From NCBI GenBank assembly GCA_036824855.1, contig DAISZK010000005.1, positions 2,775 through 66,774 on the forward strand: DNA of 64,000 nucleotides. Reading direction: 5' to 3'. Both the position numbers and the translations under genes were made by a program. Under the pieces are notes generated by a model. It was given only the letters and a program-made list of their open reading frames with translations, was not told the DNA's origin and made no database searches. This DNA is from Chthoniobacterales bacterium. Lineage in GTDB: Bacteria; Verrucomicrobiota; Verrucomicrobiia; Chthoniobacterales; UBA6821. Positions 9,901-17,693 of this stretch are shown one piece after another. How positions within the stretch are numbered: position 1 is the first letter of the stretch; every line of letters starts with the position of its first letter.

Positions 9901-12900
9901 GCACGATCACCGGTGCCACTGGTACTAACTTCCTCGAGATTGCCACAGGGAATGCCTCCATCACTGGACTTGGAAGCCACACCTCCAGCATTCAGGTACT
10001 CTCTCTTGCAGGAGGTAACAATAAGGTCAGCGGCATCGGATCCTCGGGTCTCACCACAGTCCTAGGCGGCCCCGGCGGTAACGACACCATCGACGCAAGC
10101 ACATCGACCTCATCCATTCTTATCGATGAGAGCTCCTCGACACTAGGCGATATACAGATCGCATCCACACTTACTGGTGTTGGTTCCACCCTGATCGGAA
10201 GCCGGACAGCCGCAAACTACTTTCAGATTCAGGATTTCTCCAGCCTCTCGGGCAACGGTGGCCCTGACTCCATCGCACCTTCTACCAGCGGTCTTGACAC
10301 TCTGGCTCTTGCATCTGCCACTACTCTTACTGACACTAATTTAGCCAAGATTCCCAATGGCATCAAGGCCCTTGCTCTGACGAGTTCCTCCTCGGTCACC
10401 CTCGGCTCTTCCGCCCAGAGCGCAGGCATTCTCTCCCTCTTCGGCGGCATTGGCGGCGATTCCTTCACCCAAACCTCCAATTTCTCCAACCCTCTCACCC
10501 TCGTGGGAGGTGCTGGCAACGACAGCTTCAATATATCGAACCAGTACCAGATTGGTAACGATTCCATCGCAGGTGGTACGGGAACCGATACCCTTGCCCT
10601 CTCTTCGACCTCCAACCTCGTCGATACCAACTTCGCCAAGGTGTCTTCCATCGACGCCCTTTCCCTTGCTGGCAACTCCTCCGTTGCCCTCGGCTCCCTC
10701 GCTGCGGCCTCGGGCTTCTCCACCATCTTCGGTGGCGCTACCGGCTCTCTCGGCGATACCTTTACCCAGACCTCGCTCGACGGTAATTCCCTCACCCTCA
10801 TCGGTGCCTCCGGCAATGATAGCTTCTCGATTGCCTGCGCTCCAACCTTAGGCGGTGACTCCATCTACGGCGGCGGCGGAACCGACACCCTAGCTCTAGG
10901 CTACTCGGGATCCTTCAATACCTCCACCATTGCAGGTGTCGGATACCTTTCCCTTGGCGGTACCGGTAGCGATACCTTCGACGCTTCAGCCTACAACCAG
11001 GCCGTCACCCTCGACGCTTCCGCCCTCCCGGTTGCAAGTGCTAATTCCCTTGTCGGCTCCTCCCTCGGAGACGCTTTCCTCTTCTCCAATCCGATCGTCG
11101 TCAATGCCAGCACCGTTTCCGGTGGCTCAGGCAGCGATACTCTTGCTCTCTCCGCAGCCTCTAACCTGGCTGACTCCAGCTTCGCCAACATCACTTCCCT
11201 CGAGGCTCTTTCCCTCTCGGGTGCCTCCTCCGCCACCCTCGGCACCAATGCCCAAACCGCGGGCTTTGCCACCATCCTCGGCGGCAACGGTGGCGATACC
11301 TTCACCCAAACTGCCTCCGACACCCTCTCCCTCACCCTCGTCGGCGGCTCGGGCAACGATAGCTTCAACATCGCCAACTCCGCTCTCCTTGCGAACGATT
11401 CCATCTCAGGTGTTTCAGGCAACGACACCATCGCCCTCGCCTCCTCCGCCACTCTCAATGATGCCTTCTCCAAGGTTGCCAGTGTTGAGGCTCTTTCCCT
11501 CTCGGGTTCCTCTTCCGTTGTGCTTGGCACCAATGCTGCCTCTGCAGGCATCTCCTCCCTCTACGGTGGCACTGGATCCTCCACCCTCGACGCCTCGACC
11601 TTCTCTAAGAGCGTTCTCCTCAATGCCTCCAACTCTTCTAACAGTTCACTAGTCGGCAGCACCCTCTCCACCACCTTCGTCGGTGGCGCTGGCAACGATA
11701 CCCTCATCGTCAACGGCTCCTCTTCCAACCTCAACGCCGGTGCTGGCAATGACCTCGTTTCCCTCTCCGCCGCCTCCCAACTCACCTCCGCCATCCTTCT
11801 CGACGGCGGCTCAGGTAACGACACTCTGGCCATCGGTGCTGGATCTTTCAACGATGCCTTTGGCAATACCAAGAACTTCCAGATCCTCCAACTTGCCAAC
11901 GGCGCCAACGACACCATCGGCCAGTATGCTCATACCGAAGGCATCGCTACAGTAGTTGCTGCCAATGGCGGCGTTTCCCTCAATGCCTCCAACTTCAACG
12001 TCCCTCTCACCCTTGATGCCTCTACTGATACCGTCGCAGGTGGTACGGGTAGCGATTCCTTTATCGGCTCCTCCGCCTTTGGCACTGACTTCCTTTCTTC
12101 GAACTCAAAGGTACTCGGTAACAGTACCTTCACTGGAGGGTCAGCCATCGACACCCTCCAACTGACCGCTCCAGGAACCTTCGCTGCCACTTCCTTCGCT
12201 CAAGATTCGGCTATTGAGATCCTAACTCTTGCGAGCTCGACTCTCGGCACGGGATCAAGTGTCACCTTTAACGGCACAACCTCGGGGTTCAGCACCGTCA
12301 TTGCAGGCACCAATGCCGACACATTCGACGCCTCTGCCTACTCCTCCTCACTCACCATCGACGCTTCGGCCAATACTTCCAGCGCCGATTCCCTCACAGG
12401 TAGCTCTGCAGCCAACCTCTTCCTCTTCTCCAATGCCTATGCCATGGGCATCAGCACCTTAACCGGTGAAGCAGGAGGGGATACTCTCATACTCACTGAC
12501 AAAGATACTCTCTCTGATTTCTCTTTCAAAAACTTCCACAGCATCGAAAACATCTCACTTAAGGGAGGTTCTCAGATACTCTTAGGAGATAATGCACAGA
12601 CCACAGGGACAACCCTGATCGCGGCCTCCGGTCCCGGCACCAATAGTTTCACCCAGACAACTGCAGACACTCTCCATCTAAGTCTGGTCGGTGGAAGCGG
12701 TACAAACACGTTCTTCCTCTACAATACAGGACTCTTTGCCAATGACACCATCGTGGGCAGCGGTGGAATCAATGATCTGTTAACGATTAATGATCAGGCG
12801 AATCTCACCGATGCAAGCCTGGCAAATCTCCATGGGGTACAGACAATTTCATTGGTCGGTGCCTCTTCGGCAATCTTAGGCAGTAACGCTCAGAATAATG

Positions 12901-14705
12901 GGATTAAAGCAATCAAGGGTTTCTATGGGGGCGATGTGTTCACCACCAATAATACGGGAACATCACTCTTCGGCGGTGGCGCTTACAACTTCCTGACCAG
13001 TACCACGACGAACAACTGGCTTGGTGGTGGTGATTTGTCTTCATCTAATGTCACAACCTTCAATACCAACACTCTTGTAGGTGCTGCCTACAACACGCTT
13101 ATTGGTGGTCGCACAACTGCGAGTGGGTCAAAGGTCAACAACTCTCTGATTGGTAATGGGGACAATGACTCAATCATTGGAAACTTGGATAACACTGGAA
13201 ATGACACCATTGTTGCCTATGGCAAGAGCAGTACGATCATTGGCGGCGGGGGCAGTGATACGATCGTGGCGTCCAACGTTGATGATTCTATCAAGTTGGG
13301 TAACGGTAAGGCATCAAGCACTTCCCTGATTGAGTTTACCACCCCTCTTAACTTTACCTCTGCAACCATAACAGGCGGAGTCGGAACCAATACGCTACAA
13401 ATCGATCAGCCAGTCACTTTGAACGACCAGTTCTATAATATTGCCGCAAATTCCATTGACGCATTATCTCTCTCCGGTGCATCGCAAGTAGCATTATATG
13501 GTGTCGCAGCATATGCCGGAATCACATCAGTGTATGGTGGCGCTGTCAGTGGAACGATTGGAGATACTGTTCTTACAACATACGCAGCTTACCTCCAGGG
13601 AGGAACCGGCAACGATCTGATTGTTGGTTACTACGGAAATGACACCATTGTTGGAAACGGTGGAATCGATAGCCTCTATGCCTCCTACGCATCTGGCGGG
13701 AATAATCTCTTTGAGTTCACAACTGGAACACAACTTGCCGCGGCCTACATTGTGAGTGGAGGATCAACTCTCGATAATACAGTCTTATTCACGCAGGCTG
13801 GATCAATTACTGACACCCAACTTGCACCACTGAGCCAGATTCAGGGAATTTCGCTGACGGGAGCTTCCGGAATAACGCTTGATTCAAATGCGCTTAATGC
13901 GGGCCTTCACACAGTATATGGTGGCTCCGGAAACAGCACCCTCACTCAGACTGCCACATTTACTAATAATCTCACCCTTATTGGAGGTTCCGGCAACGAT
14001 AGCATCTCTATCGCTAACTCCGCTCTGCTTGGGAACAATTCCATCGCCGGAGGAACTGGCACTGATACTCTCGCCATCACCTCCGCGGTCACTCTAAATA
14101 ATGCCTTCTCAAAAGTCTCGGGCATAGAGGTTCTCTCTCTAACAGGTGCTTCTTCGGTAACACTTGGTGCCTCTGGAGAGTCGGCAAATATCTCTACAGT
14201 TGTCGGAGGAAGCAGCACGACACTACTGAGTGCCGCCGCCTACCAAACAACTTCTGTGAAGTTGGATAACAGCGCCAGCGGATCAGCCAGTTCTCTTTTC
14301 GGAGGAGCTGCAACGGACACCCTGATCGGTGGTAGTGCCAATGATACCCTACAGGCATGGAGTGGCTCCGCTGCAAACAACTCGGCCAGCGATACTCTTA
14401 CCGGTGGTTTAGGTGCCGATCTCTTTATTATGGCTGGATCCGGTGACACCAAGAATGCCTATGGAAATGGTGGCACGAATGTGGCAACCATCACCGACTT
14501 TGCCGCTGGTGCCGGTGCTGATAAACTCCAACTCCATGACTTCGGAACTGGTCATGTCGGCTCCGCTGGTTACCAAACTGTTTCAGGGGGTGCTGGTATT
14601 ATTGATATCTACACCTATCAGGACACCCTCGCAGCGGAGCACGTCGCCCACCTCACGGGTGTCACAGGCACCTTCTCTTGGGGTAATAATACCTCCATTA
14701 TCTAA
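6927..14705 (+). CDS. Giant secreted acidic repeat protein, RTX-like C-terminus (probable T1SS-type substrate)
   Basis: ATG lies 72 nt after the stop of the previous gene; 2,592 aa. No N-terminal signal peptide (MSTTTTLSGSNSTLTGFSPGD). Same module family as the upstream gene. The C-terminus has tandem GGxGxD-type nonapeptides (GGAATDTLIGGSANDTLQA...GGLGADLFI) followed by ITDFAAGAGADKLQL, a pattern typical of RTX/T1SS substrate C-termini. Confidence 0.85.
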   Translation: MSTTTTLSGSNSTLTGFSPGDTIIATGSSATLSGLGSNSLVAAGNGDFLAAGTGGNTLRGNSLTSATSILQGNGSSTLQYAGGLNTILLNSSVAGGAGLDYKTDSIQAATLTGGKIATTGASVIRTTLNKFDLSNTLNHGAGVLNIRNLTYTGTGNATLIGNTLSDYIQGGTSSNSLVAGIAGASTLDAHISSGNNTLVGNGHSSLLGGVGNDTFVISAGDKINPTTTKGTDLVSLTGSSSAFNLSDTLNGAGITNIKNLVYAGTASQVTLTGNALNNSIRGAGGASNNYLSGGSGGSDTLNASASSGSNTLLGNSLSGSSLIGGTGHNTFITNHALDTLSASNSSTNTALSNLATINFSTLKGSLHFDSIIYTGNGNTDIIGNSLGGTTLNAGSARAATIGDGGGGYDNLIGSARGTNLFQVSNLSTDTVLGGLGISTLLVTNQGGYTDSLFANDHKTGALQLTGNSAVTLGGNALAAGISTVIGGTGSDTFISSSTLNGGFTKGLFVDTSADTLNGFSYKGGNGSDTIKVANSTVLNASTITGAAGTNLLEIASGAASVVGLINTINIQELSLSGGNNKVSGIGSSGLTTILGGTGGNDTIDASTATAPVYINESSTTLGDNLTASSTALSTLIGSSTRPNTFNQGSTLADAFTGSSTGNDTLNLTVARSNYSDSLFANDSFIGALQLTSNSAVTLGGNALTAGISTVIGGAGSDTIVSSATLNGGFNKGLFVDTSANTLNGFSYTGGNGADTIKVANSTVLNASTITGASGTNLLEISTGNASITGLGNHVSSIQELSLAGGNNKVSGIASSGITTILGGTGGNDTIDASTATSPVHINESSTTLGDNLTVATVGSNTLIGSRLGGNIFNQGNARSETLIGGAGVDTLSLTTAGTYSDALLIADKSIEVLQLTSNSSVTLGGYAVATGISTVIGGAGSDTIVSSATLNSGFNKGLFVDTSANTLNGFSYTGGNGSDTIKVANSTVFNASTITGATGTNFLEIATGNASITGLGSHTSSIQVLSLAGGNNKVSGIGSSGLTTVLGGPGGNDTIDASTSTSSILIDESSSTLGDIQIASTLTGVGSTLIGSRTAANYFQIQDFSSLSGNGGPDSIAPSTSGLDTLALASATTLTDTNLAKIPNGIKALALTSSSSVTLGSSAQSAGILSLFGGIGGDSFTQTSNFSNPLTLVGGAGNDSFNISNQYQIGNDSIAGGTGTDTLALSSTSNLVDTNFAKVSSIDALSLAGNSSVALGSLAAASGFSTIFGGATGSLGDTFTQTSLDGNSLTLIGASGNDSFSIACAPTLGGDSIYGGGGTDTLALGYSGSFNTSTIAGVGYLSLGGTGSDTFDASAYNQAVTLDASALPVASANSLVGSSLGDAFLFSNPIVVNASTVSGGSGSDTLALSAASNLADSSFANITSLEALSLSGASSATLGTNAQTAGFATILGGNGGDTFTQTASDTLSLTLVGGSGNDSFNIANSALLANDSISGVSGNDTIALASSATLNDAFSKVASVEALSLSGSSSVVLGTNAASAGISSLYGGTGSSTLDASTFSKSVLLNASNSSNSSLVGSTLSTTFVGGAGNDTLIVNGSSSNLNAGAGNDLVSLSAASQLTSAILLDGGSGNDTLAIGAGSFNDAFGNTKNFQILQLANGANDTIGQYAHTEGIATVVAANGGVSLNASNFNVPLTLDASTDTVAGGTGSDSFIGSSAFGTDFLSSNSKVLGNSTFTGGSAIDTLQLTAPGTFAATSFAQDSAIEILTLASSTLGTGSSVTFNGTTSGFSTVIAGTNADTFDASAYSSSLTIDASANTSSADSLTGSSAANLFLFSNAYAMGISTLTGEAGGDTLILTDKDTLSDFSFKNFHSIENISLKGGSQILLGDNAQTTGTTLIAASGPGTNSFTQTTADTLHLSLVGGSGTNTFFLYNTGLFANDTIVGSGGINDLLTINDQANLTDASLANLHGVQTISLVGASSAILGSNAQNNGIKAIKGFYGGDVFTTNNTGTSLFGGGAYNFLTSTTTNNWLGGGDLSSSNVTTFNTNTLVGAAYNTLIGGRTTASGSKVNNSLIGNGDNDSIIGNLDNTGNDTIVAYGKSSTIIGGGGSDTIVASNVDDSIKLGNGKASSTSLIEFTTPLNFTSATITGGVGTNTLQIDQPVTLNDQFYNIAANSIDALSLSGASQVALYGVAAYAGITSVYGGAVSGTIGDTVLTTYAAYLQGGTGNDLIVGYYGNDTIVGNGGIDSLYASYASGGNNLFEFTTGTQLAAAYIVSGGSTLDNTVLFTQAGSITDTQLAPLSQIQGISLTGASGITLDSNALNAGLHTVYGGSGNSTLTQTATFTNNLTLIGGSGNDSISIANSALLGNNSIAGGTGTDTLAITSAVTLNNAFSKVSGIEVLSLTGASSVTLGASGESANISTVVGGSSTTLLSAAAYQTTSVKLDNSASGSASSLFGGAATDTLIGGSANDTLQAWSGSAANNSASDTLTGGLGADLFIMAGSGDTKNAYGNGGTNVATITDFAAGAGADKLQLHDFGTGHVGSAGYQTVSGGAGIIDIYTYQDTLAAEHVAHLTGVTGTFSWGNNTSII
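8274..10300 (+). repeat. Three tandem ~675-681 bp (225-226 aa) near-identical repeats inside giant gene 2
   Basis: Units start at about 8274 (DSLFANDHKTGALQLTGNSAVTLGG...), 8952 (DSLFANDSFIGALQLTSNSAVTLGG...) and 9627 (DALLIADKSIEVLQLTSNSSVTLGG...). Long identical nucleotide runs are present, for example the 43-mer ccatccttggcggaacaggtggtaacgacaccatcgatgcttc at 8701-8743 and 9382-9424. Confidence 0.9.
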
Positions 14706-15201
14706 GAGTCACTACCAGGACAGTCATCTGAAGCTTTAACCTTAACGGCTTCTGGGCCTGATTTGACAACACTTGCTCATGAGTAGCCATGAAAGAATGG
14801 TTCTAAGAAGCCAGTTGACGCATCCCATAAGAATCGAGTCCTGGCAGGGATATCTTCTTTTTATGTGTCTCTTGTGCCTTTTGTGGCTTCATCTTTTCTG
14901 ATTCCCACCTTTCCTGAATGAGGGAGTTCAGCGAATTCAACTCTCGCATGGAGCTATCGCGTATCGCTCGGATGGTGATGAGTACATTTCAAGCATCCGA
15001 TAGCACTAACACTCCCCATGCATTCGTGCATTCTGTGCATCTTGTGGCTTTCTTCTACTTCGTTGCGATAAACGCTATCGAACAATGCTTTGTTGAGCCC
15101 ATCAATTTTTCATTAAAAACCTCTGCGCCCTCCGTGCCTCCGTGTGAGTTCTTATTTCACCTTAATCTGTGTGGGGAGAGATTTCTTGATGTAGTTTTAT
15201 T

Positions 15202-17067
15202 TCAAAGCCTCTCCCTCAGGACTTTAATCAGGCAGATCAGGAACAGGAGGCCCAGGATTGCCCTGATGGCTGGCCAAGCGTACATGGTCCAAGTCACAGG
15301 CAAGGTAACCTGACTTATGATCACCATGTCGTGTCCCTCGGGATAGATGCGGTAGACATGCTCACCGGGCCATGGCATCGAGAATCCAGCACTCCAAGCT
15401 CCACTCTGGGAAGTAGGAGTGACCTGAAGCCTGCGCCATGAGTTTGCTTCGTCTCCACTATCTCCGGTTCTATCTGTCAGGGCATTTCTCGTAACTTTCT
15501 CCTCGATGATAAACCATGGACTCCCCTCCCCCAAATAACGCCAGTGTAGCACGAGGGAATTCCAGAGAAAGCCCTGTTGGAGAGAGGCGCTCAGACTCGG
15601 TGCAACCTTGTCATTATCCCTCGCTGAGAGTCTGTAGAAGCCTCCTGTGGGCATCGAGGAGGAGGGCTTGGACTCCTTGAGCAGCGGTGTGAGCGGCCGG
15701 GGAAGTGAGTCGGGATGCCTCACGGAAATCTTCCACTGGGCCTTGGCAATCACGCGACCCGATTCAAGTAACGTTGCCTCGGGTATGAATTCTCCCGATT
15801 GATCGGAACTCCAGGAAATCGGAAATACTTGCGATCCGTGGGGCGCTATCGTCACATTTCTCGTAACAAGGTGTGGCGTCAATCCCCTGTCCTGATAACG
15901 CAGCTCCAGCGTGCGCTCCACGGAGGAGGTGCTTTCGATGACACCGCGCAGGGTAATCGGAAGATGCTCCTGCGTGGATAGCGGCTGATACTGGAGAGCT
16001 TTGATGGAAATTTTCCCCTGAGGCCCGAGTGCGACGATCTCCAGCGGGAGCGTGAAATTCCCATCCCGGAGCGCAGGATGAAGTTCTCTCCTCTCCTCGT
16101 TTTCCAGATGAAGGGAGCCAATCGATAGCCAAACTTCTCCGCTTCCCTGAGGAGGAATCCTTGCAGGAAGGGAGCAGAGGAGTCCGGTATCATCGGTCCA
16201 ATCGATGGTCATCTCTTGGGCCGAGGAGTTCGTGATGTGAAAGACAGCCTTCGGATGCTCTGTGCTGACTATCGCACTCGTGGTGTCGATCAGGAAGGGA
16301 ACGATCCCTTCACCTGAGACTAGTACGGATGGGAAGTTAGGAATCTCTGGAGCGGCCCTGAGCTCCGTACTCTCCTCCTTGGATTCCGTAGGCCTGAATT
16401 CAATCTCAAAGGAATGCGTCTCTTTCTCGGCAAGCGAGAATGCGCCGTCGCCGATCACGAACCAGGGAGCGGGAAGAAGGAGCGTACCGGAAACGGCGGC
16501 TCCAAAGCTATTGCAGAGAAGTATGGTTCTCCGTGCGGTCGATCCGATCGCCACCTTGCCGAAGTCGATCTTCCCGGGAATGACGGAGAGCGAACCAGGG
16601 GGGTCTTTGATCCGAATCGACGCAGTATGAGTGCTCCAAGCCTGACCTGGAGCCTGGATCCGGAATTCAAAGGAATCCTCCTCGGACTTAACCGCGCTGT
16701 CATTCACATAGCGATAGAGGAAAGCTGCGGAGGAACGGTTCTCAAGACTCTGCAGCGATCCGAAGCGGGGGGGCTTGGAGATCTGGAGTAAGACCTTGCC
16801 TCCATTTGGAGAAGCTACTGCAATAAGCAAATCAACCTCTCCCCCGCGGATCAGCTCACCAGTGACAGGTCTAAGAAGCACGGTGGGAGAGACTCCCCCC
16901 CGACGATCCTGTCCGATCCCCTTCCCCGAAGGAGTGATGGTGATATCAGCACGGAGTACACCTGCAAGGCAACTTAGGAGGCAGGATAGAACAGCTAGTA
17001 AAACCAACCTGGGAATACCGTAAACACCAATCAGGCGATGTAAGTCGATCGAATCAAACCGGCTCAT
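15202..17067 (-). CDS. Bitopic multi-Ig-like-domain surface protein (N-terminal signal/anchor, C-terminal TM helix)
   Basis: I chose the ATG at 17067 (MSRFDSIDLHRLIGVYGIPRLVLLAVLSCLLSCLAGVLRA) because the longer track ORF to 17223 would overlap the upstream gene. Ig/cadherin-like signatures are present (PRFGSL...FLYRYV...DSFEFRI; GKIDFGKVAIGSTARRTILLCN). There is a C-terminal hydrophobic helix (WPAIRAILGLLFLICLIKVL). Confidence 0.6.
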   Translation of the reverse strand: MSRFDSIDLHRLIGVYGIPRLVLLAVLSCLLSCLAGVLRADITITPSGKGIGQDRRGGVSPTVLLRPVTGELIRGGEVDLLIAVASPNGGKVLLQISKPPRFGSLQSLENRSSAAFLYRYVNDSAVKSEEDSFEFRIQAPGQAWSTHTASIRIKDPPGSLSVIPGKIDFGKVAIGSTARRTILLCNSFGAAVSGTLLLPAPWFVIGDGAFSLAEKETHSFEIEFRPTESKEESTELRAAPEIPNFPSVLVSGEGIVPFLIDTTSAIVSTEHPKAVFHITNSSAQEMTIDWTDDTGLLCSLPARIPPQGSGEVWLSIGSLHLENEERRELHPALRDGNFTLPLEIVALGPQGKISIKALQYQPLSTQEHLPITLRGVIESTSSVERTLELRYQDRGLTPHLVTRNVTIAPHGSQVFPISWSSDQSGEFIPEATLLESGRVIAKAQWKISVRHPDSLPRPLTPLLKESKPSSSMPTGGFYRLSARDNDKVAPSLSASLQQGFLWNSLVLHWRYLGEGSPWFIIEEKVTRNALTDRTGDSGDEANSWRRLQVTPTSQSGAWSAGFSMPWPGEHVYRIYPEGHDMVIISQVTLPVTWTMYAWPAIRAILGLLFLICLIKVLRERL

Positions 17068-17081
17068 CGGAAGAGATCTTT

Positions 17082-17633
17082 TCAGGGCTGCGACTGTGAG
17101 GATCCTGCTGATCCCCCCGAACCAATGGGGACTGAAGGCTGGACAGAGCCATCGGCCCGAACCGTCAGGTTCCCATGACCATGGACATTGGCGATCTCGC
17201 TGAACCAAGGCATCGCAGGCCACCGGTTCGGTGTTCCGGGACGGGAGTCAAAAAGCGTGGGGAGATAATCGATCCGTGGAGTCTTAATGGTGCCTTGGGT
17301 TCTCTGAGCGATCCTTTCGATGGTAGGGCAGAGCCACAAGGCGGGAAGAACATCCAGATTATTACTGGAATACTCAAGCCAGAACTGGCTCTCCTCCGGA
17401 GAACCCGGCTTCACTCCCTTCGGCAACTGAGGCCACCCATCAGGCTCCGTGGCACATGGAGCAAAGTGAATCCAGAGTTGGTGGAGATGCGACATACAGA
17501 CGATCTCATTTGCCTTTGCTGGAATGGTGCTGATGGCGGGGAAAAGCAACGCCATCAGGATCCCCACGATCCCAATGACTACAATCAGTTCGATGAGAGT
17601 GACTCCTTGATGTCTTATAGGACGTATCAACAT
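17082..17633 (-). CDS. Prepilin-type N-terminal cleavage/methylation protein with H-X9-DG motif (DUF1559-type pseudopilin)
   Basis: The N-terminus MLIRPIRHQG|VTLIELIVVIGIVGILMALLFPA is a class III signal with Glu at +5. The C-terminal HGHGNLTVRADGS fits H-X9-DG. This architecture is expanded in Planctomycetota and Verrucomicrobiota. Confidence 0.8.
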   Translation of the reverse strand: MLIRPIRHQGVTLIELIVVIGIVGILMALLFPAISTIPAKANEIVCMSHLHQLWIHFAPCATEPDGWPQLPKGVKPGSPEESQFWLEYSSNNLDVLPALWLCPTIERIAQRTQGTIKTPRIDYLPTLFDSRPGTPNRWPAMPWFSEIANVHGHGNLTVRADGSVQPSVPIGSGGSAGSSQSQP

Positions 17634-17693
17634 GGAGTTGATGAGTAGGCTTTAAAAATAGGGAGAATAACTTTTTTCTCCCTCACATCACTC

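Noticed and set aside
8274-10300. Considered whether the regularly spaced repeats could be a CRISPR array or another non-coding array.
   Set aside because: The units are about 678 bp, lie in-frame within a continuous ORF, have no short repeat/unique spacer organisation, and no cas genes are present.
10229-11652. Long alternative-frame and antisense ORFs inside giant gene 2 (for example 10229..10864 minus, 211 aa; 10930..11652 plus, 240 aa; 10991..11551 minus, 186 aa). Many similar ones lie along 200-14700.
   Set aside because: They are Pro/Ser/Arg-rich low-complexity translations of the repetitive, stop-poor sequence. The annotated frame is the only one that runs uninterrupted for 7.8 kb with a coherent repeat architecture.
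14918-15313. A 131-aa plus-strand ORF in the large intergenic gap.
   Set aside because: It runs through repeat-derived sequence, overlaps the 3' end of the convergent gene at 15202 and has no protein-like composition or motifs.
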